Shown here: positions 42,852 to 57,230 of the stretch, one piece after another | How positions within the stretch are numbered: the first letter of the stretch is position 1 | Layout of the letters: the number at the start of each line of letters is the position of its first letter | Origin: Chrysomallon squamiferum | Lineage: Eukaryota > Animalia > Mollusca | Assembly (NCBI GenBank): GCA_012295275.1 | Contig: CM022673.1 | Coordinates: 14,942,001 to 15,006,000 of the forward strand | DNA: 64,000 nt | Direction of reading: 5' to 3' | The notes under the pieces: model-generated | Database searches by the model: none | Seen by the model: the letters and a program-made list of their open reading frames with translations, nothing else | Told to the model about the DNA's origin: nothing | Program-made: the position numbers and the translations under genes

Positions 42852-43263
42852 AATATATATATGTATGTATGTATGTATGTACGTACGTGTGTTTGTATAT
42901 GTATGTGTGTGTGGCGGAGGCAGCAGTCTCCTGTTTAATATATAATAAATTTTAGATTTCCTTAAAAATTATATAAAATTTGGTGAAGTGTTGCTTTGGA
43001 GGACTTATAGTGTCTACATGTCTGCTACACTTCCCCCAGTGTGGTCTTTCATGGGCAACAAAAGAAAAGATCACATTTTGGTTGGGGAAATCAGTTTTAC
43101 AAAGTACAGGAGACGTGTATAGATCCAGCCGACTTAGGTAACTATAAGTTTTTACGGCTCTGTTTAAAGGTAGTTTGATGTGGCTTTGTAGCAAATATCT
43201 ATTTAACTACGTGTGTATGTACGTATGCACGTATGTATGTATGTATGTATGTGTGTGTGTATG

Positions 43264-43297
<34 letters not shown>

Positions 43298-44158
43298 TGT
43301 ATGTATGTATGTATGTATGTATGTATGTATGTACGTACGTACGTACGTACATATTGAAGTATTGTAACCGTTAGATGGAGGGTAATTGATAATCTGAGAT
43401 CAGACCAATCAAAGTAAACTAGGTTTTTATCTCTAAAACAGAGGGTGAGCATAGCTGGGAATCTGAGGTCAACACTGACCATCAGTAATTGTATGCATCC
43501 ATACCTCAGTAGTGATATTGATTAACTGGTTGTCACGTCAACGTCCTGCTAAGCAGTACGTTATTTTGGTATGCTTGCACATTCAAATACATCTTGGGGT
43601 GTGCTATTTTACCTTGAGGGATAAACATATTTAATCAGCTATATGTTGACCTAAGTGAAGAGAGTAATTTTGGGGCTAATTATTTACTTATATGGTGAAA
43701 CTGTTTGTAGTTGGCGTGTAAGTATTGTAAGCTTATTCGGTAAATAATTAACTTTAGATCATATATTACTTTTATTCTTTAAATCTAAACTTGTATTATT
43801 GTGTTTCGACTGATTTAATATTGGCTAAATATAAATACATATATGACCTTGATCCCAGAATAGCCTTAGTGCCAAATCGGGTAGCTATCTACCCGATACA
43901 GGGAGGTCTGAATGTATAGGTGGAGTTGCTTTGGAGAGAGAGGGTTACATCCGTTGCAGGGTTCTAATCTGGTTACGTGACGATTGTGTTAATTACGGGT
44001 CGCATGCGACTGCGTTAGACGACCCATGCAAAGATGGATGGATGGATGGATGGATGGATGGATGGATGGATGTTGAGTGGTTTTTGTGTTTTTTTTGTTG
44101 TTGTTTGTTGTTATTTTTGTTATTTTATTTTATTTTATTTTTAATAATTTTTATTTAT

Positions 44159-44240
<82 letters not shown>

Positions 44241-44560
44241 TTATTCTTTTATTTTTTATAATAATTATTCTTTTGGTTTTTACTAATAATAATTTTTTTT
44301 TCTTTTTATTATTATTTTTTTGTTTCCTTATATTATTATTATTATTTTCGTCATCATCATCAATATAATCAGTTTGTTGATTCATTTATTTATTTATTAG
44401 CTATGTTTTGTTTTCTTTTTTTTTTTATTTGTTTCGATTTTGTTGTTGTTGTTTGTTTGTTTATATTTTGCCTTTTATTATAAATTGGTGAAATACCAAT
44501 AGCTCGATTTACCATTCTCCTTCATTTTTATAACAGTTTGAGCTCCTTTCTTTCAGCACC

Positions 44561-46080
44561 ATGGAATTAGAACCGTTTGTATGTAGCGGCCTGAACCACA
44601 GTAACGTCTCACAGTTAGACTACACCATGGCTGAAACTGGAAAAGTCGTAGCAGGACTTCTTATATTCCTGTTCATCCTTCCATTCGTGCTGTTTGAATT
44701 TCGTGTATTTCCGCTTGGAACGACGCCCGCGGTTCTTCTCGGAGCCGTCCTGATGGTCGCCAGCACGGTTCTGTCGCAGGAAGACGCGTACAGAAACCTT
44801 GGTGAACCTGGCAATGTCCGGACAATTGCTCTTCTTTTTGGAATGATGCTTCTGGCCCAGTACTTCGAGAGAGAGGGGATAATAAAAAGGCTAATAACCA
44901 GAATGCTGAAACCCAATATATCTTTTCCCAGCTATCTGTGGCGCGTCTGTCTTGCAACCAGTGTCACGTCTGCATTCATCACTAACGATGCGGCCTGCGT
45001 TGCTCTTACTCCGCTGTGGCTTGATAATTGGAGCAGTCAGAACCGACACCGGGTGGAGCTGGAGACACTGCTGTTAGCAATATCCACGTCTGCAAACATA
45101 GGAAGTGCGGCCACGATATTTGGTAATCCACAGATGGCTCTAATAGCGTCCAAAACAAATGTTCCCCATCATGAAAAAAGCAGACTTGATCTGTTAGCCT
45201 GTATTATATTTCTTGGTCTACCCACTCTTCTTGGATCAGTGCTTAACGTGGGTTTTCTCATCCTTCATTGGAAAATAAGAAGATTTTGCAGCAAAGATAA
45301 AAACAAGACAGTTGGCCTTGACGGAGAATGTATAAAAATGTTAACAGTTAAACAATCTCCTGTTAATAATAGTATTAACGTCAATGACAAAACAAAACCT
45401 CTAAAAACTGATGGAGGCTCAGATTTTCCAAAGCAGCTTCACGATGAATGTACAGTAAGAAACGAAACGGGTACAAATCGTCGTGGACATCCGTTAGACG
45501 AGAAATGTCGTAATACCAATATGAACTGTTTTACGTCATTCTTAGACGTTTCTGAAACAGGAGCAAGACTCATCAATCAAACAAACCTCCAAAATGTGAC
45601 TCAACTTTCCAAGTCTCTGTCAGATCTAGAAGTAGATATTTATCAGAAGAAATTCATTCCTTTCAGCAAACGACCAGGAGATAAAATTAAATTGTATTAT
45701 CCTGTCACAAGCAGCAGAACCTCTGTAACGTCTGAGAGGTCAGCAGGATCAGAAGGGAAGACCGACAAAACTGACAGAAGGAAAATAAAGAAGACGACAC
45801 CTTTCGTTTCATCGGGTCTCGCGCTTTCGGAGAAGCTGGGAATATCTAGATCTGTGCAAAGTATTTCTGTTCCATTTGAACACGTCTCCAAACAACTAAC
45901 TTCAGATATAGATTCTCAACATCTAGAAGAAATAGAATTTAGTGCAAGTGAATCAAAGGTTTTTCATGTCTGTTTGTGGATGTGCCTGTTGCTTCTGCTC
46001 GCTTTACTCTTTGTTCATACAGACAACCTTCACTTTGATATGGGTATGTATTTTATGTTTCATTATTATTATTATTGTTA

Positions 46081-46153
<73 letters not shown>

Positions 46154-46851
46154 CGTCATCATCATTATAATCATCTTCAGGATTATTACTGTTACTGTTT
46201 ACTACTATAGCGGAAGAAGTAATATAAATAAAAGAAGATGTAGCTAACATTTACACACGCTAAACTAACTGGCATTGTTCATCTATTGTATAACAGCTAT
46301 TTTTCTATCAAACAGGCCTTCTTCCGGTAGCCGCAGCAACTGTCGTCATGTTAGCAGACGCTCTGTGGAATAGACGAAATGCTATTCACGTCATCAAACG
46401 CGTGGACTGGAGCGTCATTGTCATGTTTTTAGGTCTGTTTGTGTGGATGGCAGGACTCAACGCTACACGAATCCCTCGATGGATCTGGTACAATATGGGA
46501 CTGTCGGGCTCTAATTTCGACAATGTCACAAGCTTGACTGTGCTTTGTGTCTTCATCACCATCTGTTCCAACGTCTTCAGCAACGTCCCGCTGACGATAA
46601 TAGTTCTCGAGCAACTGCAGCCTTGCGCCGAGCAGCTCCCCCTGGTGTTGTATTTGGCCTGGTGTTCAACGGTTGCTGGAAACTTGACACTGTTCGGCAG
46701 CGTAGCTAACCTAATTGTTGCACAGAAGTCTAAAATGTGTCTGCAATATCAGTTTAGTTACTGGTCGTATCTCAAGTTTGGATTTGTAACTACATTTATA
46801 GTCGTTGTTGTAGGTATAATTATTATTAATATTATTTTACGAGTGGTTTGA
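44561..46851 (+). CDS. Lsi2: Lsi2-like (ArsB/NhaD/SLC13-related superfamily) silicon/arsenite efflux-type transporter, 672 aa
   Basis: Exons 44561-46043 and 46316-46851 (G|gtatgt...aacag|GC; 2019 nt). Kozak-like caccATGG. Multiple TM helices. Motifs PLGTTPAVLLGAVLMV, LLFGMM..YFER, SAFITNDAACVALT, SANIGSAATIFGNPQ, SNVFSNVP and STVAGNLTLFGSVANLIV closely parallel plant Lsi2. An additional 5' exon cannot be excluded. Confidence 0.88.
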
Positions 46852-48025
46852 GAGGGTGAATAAAATGTTAAATGAAAAAAAAAAAAAAAAAAAATAATAA
46901 TAAAAAATAAATAAATAAATATGTATATATATGTCGTTGTTATTTTTGTTTTTGTATTCTGAAAGGCGATTCAGGAAATGATGATACTATAGATGTATGA
47001 CACCTTAAGTGTTAATTTTTAATTATTATTTTAAATTTTTATAAACTTCCTGTATTTATTTCTTTTCTTCGCTTTATCAAATAAATAAATTTCATATATC
47101 AATGTCTTTTGTGATATCCTTGTCAGAAATGTAAATAATAACGGCTCGTCCATTTATCTCACAAAGGTCTAGATTCTGTGGTAGCGCAGTTCTCAGTTTG
47201 GTATTTTAAGTTGTGTTAATACACGACAGATAACCGTTTGCAAAAGTTTCTTTCGAAAGAACAAGACTAACGTGACCTTGTCGAAGTAATTGCTTTTAAA
47301 TTTAAATAAGCTTCTTACTTTGAAGCAACTGATTTATTTGTTTAAAGCGTGATCTCTGGAGTATACGAGAACAAACAACATAAAACAGCCTGAACTGCCG
47401 TTTATGTTTAATTAACCAGTTTAATTAAAACAACCGCTTGGGAAACTTAACCCGTTTATTTGTTGTTCACTTCACCAGGGATGCACACGATACTAAAACG
47501 CTGTGAACAAACTCCTTATCTGTTTCAGTCATAGGAACAATTTACATTCGATTTTCTGACAATGTTAAATTCCTCCACGAATAATTTTTCACATTACTCG
47601 CTAGAGACAGGTTTTAAAAAGGCGTATTACTTGCTACCATGTAAACAAAAATAATAATAATAAAAACAAACCACATTAATTTTTTGTATGAAATATTTTA
47701 TTTGTGCTCTCTAAACTTTTTTTTTGTGTTTTTTTTGTGTTTTTTTTTTTACTTACGCCACATCAACATTTAATTTCCTAATTAAAAAAAAAGTAATTAA
47801 AAAATCAGTAAATAAAGTAACATTCAACTACTTGTCTATAAACAGTCAAATCAAATTAATGTCTGGATATTAAAGCTAAAATACTTTCTACAATTATACG
47901 AATGACAAAATTAATGAACACTGATAACTGAAGACAAACAACAGGCAGAACACTTTCCCTGATATATTTGTTCTCAAGGTACGTGATGAACACAATCATA
48001 AAAAAAGCATTCAGAAATATTGCTA

Positions 48026-48039
48026 GTTGTCATGACAAC
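48026..48039. promoter_or_regulatory. Palindromic RFX X-box-like motif
   Basis: Perfect 14-bp palindrome GTTGTCATGACAAC between the convergent Lsi2-like and FGFRL1-like genes. Confidence 0.3.
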
Positions 48040-48223
48040 GAGATACAGTTCTAATACTGTAAATATGACTAGTGTACATTATGACTATGAGGTAAGTTTA
48101 GAGGGCTGTGAACTCTTTTGCAGACTTTTGGTAGTAACAATGCTGGCTAAAACGAGAAAAAAAAGTCGGTTTTTAGACAATGTCTATAGCACAACTGAAC
48201 GTATGTAATATAAAACCGTTTTT

Positions 48224-48254
<31 letters not shown>

Positions 48255-49628
48255 TTTGTAACGATTTAAGAATATCATTTCGCTATAGCCTAAATATATA
48301 AATTAAATATAGTTTTACGTTTCGAATCCAGAAATATCCCGATTTCGAAAGTTATAATGATAAAAATGTCAGCAGGTAGCAATTACCTATTAACGTATTT
48401 ATTTGTTTATTTATTTATTATCTAAACAGGTTTTTTAACAGCTAAAATGTTCGAGAGAAAAACAAAATTAATTCAAGCGAGATAACTCTCTTACACATTG
48501 GTAAAATGAAGTCTGCAATCGTTTAGCGAACTACTGGGTTATTTAATTATTACAATAATTAATTATGCTAATTAAATTGCAGAATTTAAATGAGTATTAA
48601 ACATGATACAAAACTGATGAAAGGAAATGGCAGTGATAAATTCTAAAAATAACGTGATTTATTTTTATACCTACTTTTGTTAACCATTTATTTACATCGA
48701 AAGTAAGCTAAATTCGTTTCAGTGACAGCTAACAAACCGAAGATAATAAACAATATACATTAACATAGAATTTATAACTGAATAAAATATAATTCTAAAA
48801 ATATTTAGGTTGCATTAAAAAAAATATAATAATAATAACACAAAACAAACTCCAAAACCCAAAACAATATCATCAATACTGGTAATTATTATTTTATTCT
48901 AGAATAAATCTGAACCAAAAGACTGGTTAAAACAAATTAAAATAAATATTAATTAAATGATGCATCTAACTTCTCAAATTTGCAGTATGTGTTAATTATT
49001 AAAACCAGTTTTTATATAAAATAACAAAATGTGTTACTCAACAAACTTACATAACAAAACTAATTTAAAATATGAAAACTTTTTCTATTTGGCAACAAAA
49101 CTTTACACATCCTGAGTATTTTAAAATGAAGAAAAGGACGGCAAATAAAAGTATGAATAAATTTTGCATAATTACAAAAGTACTTCTCAGTTTTATTTCA
49201 ATGGTGATAAAAAAAAAAAAAATAAAAAAAAAAATCAAAAACAAATCTATAAAATATTTACAATTGAATAAAGTTTTGTTTATTTATTATTTTTAAATTT
49301 GTCTAGTAACATCACATGAACAGACTCAGAAACAAAAATAAAAAATTAACTCATTTTCAAGCTCTTATATTAAAGATAAAATTAAAACAAGACTCAATAC
49401 TTCTCTCTAACTCAGTTTATATTCTTAACATCAGAATAAAATTTATTAAAACAAAAAGCCTATGTTAAAAAGTAGAAGTAAATGAGATAGGCAACATAAT
49501 AAAAATATATGGTGTTTGAACAATACCAGTCACTGGTAAAACAAAACGTTTATGATTTATTAATTGTTAAATATGCAGAGCTTGACATACATTATCAATT
49601 TTATTAGTAATTCTAAATGTGTGTATAC

Positions 49629-49663
<35 letters not shown>

Positions 49664-52255
49664 AATAAATTCAGAATTAATATTAAAGTGACTCAAATGA
49701 CTTTACAAAAATTATGAGTGATATTCTAAACAGAACTACACACACATGCAAGGGACACAATGCATGCTTCACGTAAACACTTCCACACAATGTGTTCAGA
49801 AAAACAAAAAATGATTTTAAAAAAAAACAAATGAGAGAAAGAGAACATTAGCCATTATTTCATATTAATACAACTATTAAACACATATGTATTAGAAAGG
49901 CCATGGTCTTACCTAATGAGATCTCGAAAAACTTTGGTCTGCTACTTTGAATCAATTCCAGTTTCCATTCATGTTTGTTTTTGTTTTTTTATTATATCTA
50001 GGTGTATTCATCATACATTCATATGTTAAGTATTTCTTACAAAATTATTTTTCTTCATTAAAATTTCAAGGTTATGTATTTATCAATTTATCCCATGAAT
50101 TACTTGTATTATGACTATCAAATACAGTACAAAAAAAAAAGAAGAAATTCCTACTGCACAGGGCAAATTTAATAAATTGAAAATATGCAAGGAATAAATT
50201 CTGTGATCCTTATGGGTGAAGCATTTCATATTTATTCATGTATTCAATGCTCTTAAGAACAGAGGAATTTTCGAAGGATTTGTGAAAAACCAACAAGTTT
50301 ATTTTTTTCAGATGGAAATTACACAAGCATTTGTGATCTCTCACCATCTTGTAAATATCTGATCTGGTAACCAACCTGGGAGTTAAAGATGTATTTTTTT
50401 TTGGATAATGTTTGTATGTTTATACATGAAGTATATTTACTGAGAATAATAAAAAAATAAATGATAAATCAAAACTCAAAAAATCATTGATGAGGTATAT
50501 ATTTAGAAGAAAAATGATGTTAACTGTCTAGAATTAACAGTCTTGTGTTGCATATCTATCTGTCATTTAAAAAAAATTCTGTTTCATTTCCCCAAATCTA
50601 TGAATAAATATTAAATACTTCATTAGGCACACAAGACACTGACATAAACTAACAACAAAACAGGACTGTACTGATTTTATATGTAAATATTCATTTTTTT
50701 TTTTTTTGATCATTTCTGTGGAAGTTTCATACTGTCCCAAGTTGGTGTTTTTTTTTACTTCTGTTTTCAGAAACAAGTGATAAACACATACAATTTGTCA
50801 GTGCTTGTTAGAGAGATATTCTAGAAGTGTCAAGAAAACAAGTGAAAAAGTTTAATGAACTATTTCTCCAAAAAATCATTGAAAACATGGGTTCTAGTCA
50901 AATGATAGCTTATTTATCTCACACATCAGAAACTAAGATTAATAATAAGACTTTAAGTAAAATGAGATTTCACTTTTTCTTAAAAAAATGATTATCATAA
51001 ACACCATCATACATTAAAAATAAAGAAATTTTCTTTTAACAGCAAAATAAATAATTATTATGCTTTATTAAAGCTTGATTACTAAACTTTGTTTACTTTT
51101 TTGTTTTCAAGATTAAGAATCACCAATGATGTTCTCTCCAGTTATTTGTAATGTTCTAAACTGTCAGTAATATATTCTTACATTTATATTGGGAATTTGT
51201 ATACATAATAATGTCATCTTCTGCAGAACCCCACTGTAGATAAAGAACCTACATTATCAGGTTTAAGAATTCATCTATGGCACCACATAATTTTTTCTGT
51301 TAATCCTGTACAACATGAAACACATTTCACTTATATATTATAATATATAAGCAGTTATAATCATGCAATGGTGAGTACAAAATATTAAAATGAAGAGAAC
51401 ACTAATGAATGAAAGTGCATACAAAAGTATCAGAATATCAAATTTTATCAAAATCTTTCTAAAATAAAAACTGCCCTACACGATTCTGATTCTGAAGATA
51501 ATCTTAGGAAACATTTTAATCATCTTTTTTTTTTTTATAAAACTTTAAAAAGTCTTTTAAATACGAAAATGGATATACAAAAAAAACATGTTTTATTTGA
51601 TATTTTAAAAATGCAGAATGTAATTTCTGTTTTAAAAAAATTAAATACAAAAATTGTTTGAACTCTATTTAAAAATTATAATTTCAATTTGTCTTAACTT
51701 TATGAAGATTAATTTAAATTAGAAATTGTTGTGTCTATATTAACTTTATTTACAAACCTAGTGTTAGTAGTATTTATTTAATTATTAAAATTAATGCTGC
51801 CTTTATTAATACCTCATAAAAATATTAACTGGTAGATGTCAGCATTTTTTTTCTTTCATAAATTAGGAGATCAGAGATTTTAATAAACTATAATGGCAAA
51901 GATACAATTTTTACTTCATACTTTTTTTTCAGATATTTTTAAAATAAAAATATAAAAAATTACAAAGATATTTAGAATTAATATTGTTACTAGACTATAT
52001 ATTTACTAATCTAAAATAAAAAAATCATTCTAGTTTATTGTTTTTTATTGTGTATAAAAAAAAATATAATGTGCCAAACATTTTTAAAAATTCTAACAAA
52101 TTCTAAAGTTTTGTACACACAATAAATCCAATATATGATATAAAAAAACCTATTAAAAAAACAAGAAGAAATTGTCATATTGTTGAATATGGAACATGAA
52201 TATTTAATTATTAGTAATATTTTGTAAGTTCAAAAACCAGTGTTATAACTTATAT

Positions 52256-52286
<31 letters not shown>

Positions 52287-52838
52287 ACAAAAACTCCAAA
52301 AGTAGTATCTTATGAAACAAGAACTCCAATTTAAAAAAAAAAAAAAAAAAAAATGTAAATGAAATTCCAATTCCATTTAATATAATGGTAGACAAATTTA
52401 AAATTTTATGTTAAAAGAATGCTGATTCCATTTTTTTAATGTAGTAAAAAGGCTGAATCCACTTAATTATGTAACTAGATTGCCAAATCTAGTTTTATGT
52501 AAAAAGAATGCAGTATCCAGTCTTTTGTGCAATGCAAAGATCACACCCAACCTTTTGTTATTTTTTAAATCCAGTTTGTGTTATAAGAATCCAAGTCTTA
52601 TGTAATCAGAACTCCAAATTTTTCACAAACAACTGAGGTAAAAACAAATAAAGCAATTTGTTAATCCAAACAGTTGTGAAAAGAATAATGGTTTTTATTA
52701 TCTTTTGACCAACATCACCTGCAAATAATTACATCCAAACTGAACTAAAGTTTGTTCACCCTGTTACGAAGTTTATGAAGTCATCTTTAATCTTTCTTGG
52801 TCAGGTCTTTTTTTTCTTACACCTTTCAAACTAGTAAC

Positions 52839-53859
52839 TTAAACCCTTGTGGATTTATAGACACCATTACTGTCCTTCCTACAACACACAGCAACTGTTA
52901 TAGCTATGAGTCCCAGAAGAAGAATAACTCCAGCAATAGCTCCAACAATTGTGTAGATGGTCCACAGACTTATCATTCCTTCTGTATTCCGTTCTTCAAG
53001 CCCATTAATCTTTGTGTTCTTTCCGTCCTTGCCTTTCTTCCCGTCGGTATTTTCCAGTCTTGGATCAATGGGCTTTGATTTTGGCTTTTTGTCTCTAGGG
53101 TCTTCATTAGGCAGTCGAGGGTCGTAGATGTCTGGGTTGCGTTCCGAGTCGAGGCGCCGAATTGTCTGATATTCAAAATGCTCGGTGGTGGTTGGTCCGA
53201 AAAATGGCGTCACTGGTTTTTTCGATTTCTTCTTCTGCGGTCTTCGTTTACGACCTCCGCTGTTGTTGTGGTTTTTGCCCCTGGAGGATTTCGTGGTGGG
53301 GTACGGATTCCAGATAAATGTCGTGTGTCTGTGCGACCTCTCAGTCCAGTCAAAGAAAGGGGACATGGTGGTTTTCCTACGTCTTGGTCTCTCTGTTGTT
53401 GGTGACAGAGTTGTAGGCTTTGTTGTCTTCAGTGATACTAGGAAGTGTGAGAAAAAAGAAAGAAAAAAAAGTAATGTCATTGTTTTTTAAATATAAGATA
53501 TATTTTCAAGTGACAGTTCTTTTTAAAAAGATACAAGTTCAGTATCTCTTATCTGAAATGCTTTGATTCTGGAAATGTTTCATATTTTGGAATTGTTTGA
53601 TTTTGGATTATAAAGAGAGAGTCTGAAAACAGGATCAAGTACTAAATATGAAATCCGTTGATATACATTTAACAGCTTATTCATTTAGTCTGCAGTTCTT
53701 CTATATAATATTTTAATAATTTTATGCATGAAATAGTTTGGGTATGCTTATCCATCATAAAAATATAATCTGTCATTCAAAAAAGTTTCAGATTTCAGAA
53801 TACTAAATATGTGATCACTAATCTGCATTCAAAACCCTGTTTTTACATTTTTAAATTAA

Positions 53860-53906
<47 letters not shown>

Positions 53907-55037
53907 TAAAATAAAATAATTGATTTTAACAATCAAATAATTTATAAACTTTTCCAGACAAAGTCAAACATCTTTTTAATTTTGATATAGTGTTCAGTAG
54001 AATTCTGCTACTCATTTTCACTAGAAGGATGTTTTTATTTTACACATACTTTGTCAAACACCAGGGTACCTGTCTAACTAGAAGATTTGGTATAACCAAT
54101 TACTGTATTTTTTACTATTTAACTGACTTTTTGCAATTGCCTCCATACAAGCTGAGGTGGATTTTTTCACCTGTGTTTCATGTTTCAGAAACTACACTTG
54201 TTTGTCCAAAAATACATCATTAATCTCTTACTTTGTCTCTCAGACAGTAATATTTAAGTATTAAACAGATAGCTACTATTATACAAACAGTTATTATATG
54301 AAAAAAATATTAAATTATAAAAATGCTTACCAGTCGGACTGTTCCCTATTTGCATGACGTTCAGCCAGGCATCGTAGTTGTTAAATCCCCAGATGTTGCC
54401 AGCGATACACGTGTATTTGCCAGCATCGGACACCTTCACGTTCTTAATTACCAGCAGCTCTGGGTCCGAAGTTACAATAGTCTGCAAACAACAAATTTAC
54501 TATACTCATTAACTGAGCTACTAAAAAAAAACCCCAAAAACCAATCCCTTTATAAAATAAGTGTTAATTTTTTGAGAATGATATTTAACGAAAAAAATGT
54601 TATTCATAAATAACATAAGATGAGAATTAAATAACTCTTATTTTTTTGAAAATAAATTCTTGTCATTTGACACTGGAAATACTTTTTTGGTAAAAGGAAT
54701 CTTTTTTCTAGATATAATATATATTGACACAAAGAAAGAGTTTGTTGATGAATGTATGTGTATATGGGAAATATTTTATTTTTAAAAGATTAGTGATAGC
54801 TGCTAAAAAACGAGGATAATGAAAATTTGCAATATGTGTTAGAACTGAACAGTGTTTGCAACAGTATGTTGAAGAAAATGTATGCTGACATATAAAAACA
54901 GAGAAACGACTAAATAAACCTAGGCAAGCACAATCTACAGATATGAGACAGATGTATACAAACAGACTGCAAAATAATGTTTCCTTTTAGTCTGAAAAAG
55001 CTAAGATTTACACACCCATCACACACAGAGATAGCAA

Positions 55038-55130
<93 letters not shown>

Positions 55131-55142
55131 TTTTGTTTTGTT

Positions 55143-55188
<46 letters not shown>

Positions 55189-55698
55189 ACATACACACTA
55201 ATTCTTCAGATGGTCTATTGTATTTCACTTACATCAGGGGTTCTATTTTTGTCATTATCCTTTGTCACACTGTCACTTCTTATCCACTTAATGCTGGCTT
55301 TAGGATCATTTATGACTCGACAGCGGAACTTCACAGTCTGACCCTCTGGTACTGTCAGGTTCATTGGTCCTTCTACCTCCAAGGGCCAAATTTTATCTGA
55401 AAACAGTATTTACCAAATCAATCACTCGTAAAATCTACTACTTATTAAATCTTACTTTATCTGTAGTTTAAATCAATATTACAATAGTAGTCTCAACTAA
55501 TACATTATTCTATTTTTTGAGCATACATATATTTATGTGTATGGGTATAAATGTGCTTTTGTGTTTGTGTGTGTGTGTGTGTCTGAGAGTTTGAAAGTGT
55601 GGCAGTGATTCAAAGACTAACTTGAAAGTAATTACAATGTTTTCAGATTATTTATTCTTGCCACCAAAAGTACCCTTTAATGAATAAAAAATAATTTC

Positions 55699-55749
<51 letters not shown>

Positions 55750-56658
55750 TAAAAATAAATAAATAAATAAATACAAATAAAAATAAAAAATATTTTTTTG
55801 TATCAGTTGTGACTTACGTAAGACATTCACTTCAAATGTGTAGTTGAGGTGACCGTGGCTGTTTCTGATGACACATGTATAATTACCATTGTCTGAAGCT
55901 GTCACATTATTCAGTTTCAAGACGTATTTTCTAAACTGAAAAAAGAAAAACAGTTGAAAAAAGTTAAATAATTAATAACTTATAACACCAGTGTAGAAGA
56001 ATGTAAACATATACAGGAACATTACAGTCCAAGAAACAGGCTGAACTTTGGTATCAAACTGCTGAACAAATACAACATACATTTTTAGATATTTTTATAT
56101 CTAAACTTTTCTGTGGATATTCCAGACTGGTAGTTATATTTACATTTTGTCAAAATATCAAAATATAAAATATGCATAATTCATGAACAGATATATATAT
56201 ATGTACACATTGACAGACAGTCAGATATTAGACATATTCAATAATTTGGTATTCAAACTGAAAAATAATCACATTTATGGTTTATTGTCACTGTGGTTTA
56301 AACAGATCAAATTATTTGCACTCTATTATCATTTAGAAAATAAAAACATCTGTCTGTCTGTCTGTCTGTCTCCTCTTTCTCCCTCCCTCTCCCTCATTAC
56401 TTCACAATAAAAACAATCTTTGTTATTTTATTTTAAACAGTTAGAAAATATTTGTATTTAAAATAAACAATATTTATTTCACCTTTATATGGGTTCCATC
56501 AGAACGAAGCTTCTGGTGATTTTTGAGCCAGTGAATTTTTGGTTTAGGTTTTCCCTTCACATTACAGTCAAGTGTTACATTTTTTCCTTCGTCCACTGTT
56601 TCGTATTTATCACTCTGGAAGGGTCTGGATTTCGGTTTCCATGTTGGAGGCTCTGGTC
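52839..56658 (-). CDS. FGFRL1: FGF receptor-like 1 / nou-darake-like kinase-less receptor (5'-partial in this window)
   Basis: Exons 56658-56483, 55935-55818, 55396-55233, 54481-54331, 53437-52839 (GT-AG; phases compatible). Two Ig domains resembling FGFR D2 (VTLDCNVKGKPKPKIHWLKN...SDNGNYTCVIRNSHGHLNYTFEVNV) and D3 (PMNLTV..GQTVKFRCRV...SDAGKYTCIAGNIWG...AWLNV). Then a stalk, one TM helix and a 13-aa tail ending in a stop, with no kinase. I did not find the signal-peptide exon in 56.7-64 kb. Confidence 0.82.
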
Positions 56659-56781
56659 CTGAAAGATACAATAAAGATCAGATTAAATTTTTATATGATA
56701 TTCATAAACTTGGGCTTACTTTTTTTGTTTGTTGTAAAAGAATTTGCAATTTATTTTATTTTATTTTATTTTGTTAACTTA

Positions 56782-56812
<31 letters not shown>

Positions 56813-57184
56813 TATATTTTTTTTTGTTGTTGCTGTTATTGTTTCTATATGACAATTTAGGTCAAATTAAAACTTATTATTACTTGTTTGAATTAAGGTT
56901 AGAAATTACAAAAAAGAACATTTTTGCTGTAAGCAACTTTTTCAACAGAAAATTAACACACTGCTATTAAACATGTTACTGCACTTTTTTCTTTTTCCTT
57001 TAGTTATGTGCTTTGCATTTACTGTTGTTACATTAATGTAATATTACAATATATGGATTAATTTTGTACAGTGAAGAAACACACACATATATATTTTTTA
57101 AAATAAAAGGTGTTTTGTGGATGTGTCTTTGAAATATAAAATTTTAATTATTTACATACTGTTATACATAACATAAATACACAT

Positions 57185-57230
<46 letters not shown>

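Noticed and set aside
53438-55232. Alternative IIIb/IIIc-type exon for the second half of Ig-D3
   Set aside because: Only one such exon (54481-54331) is visible; no paralogous exon in the flanking introns.
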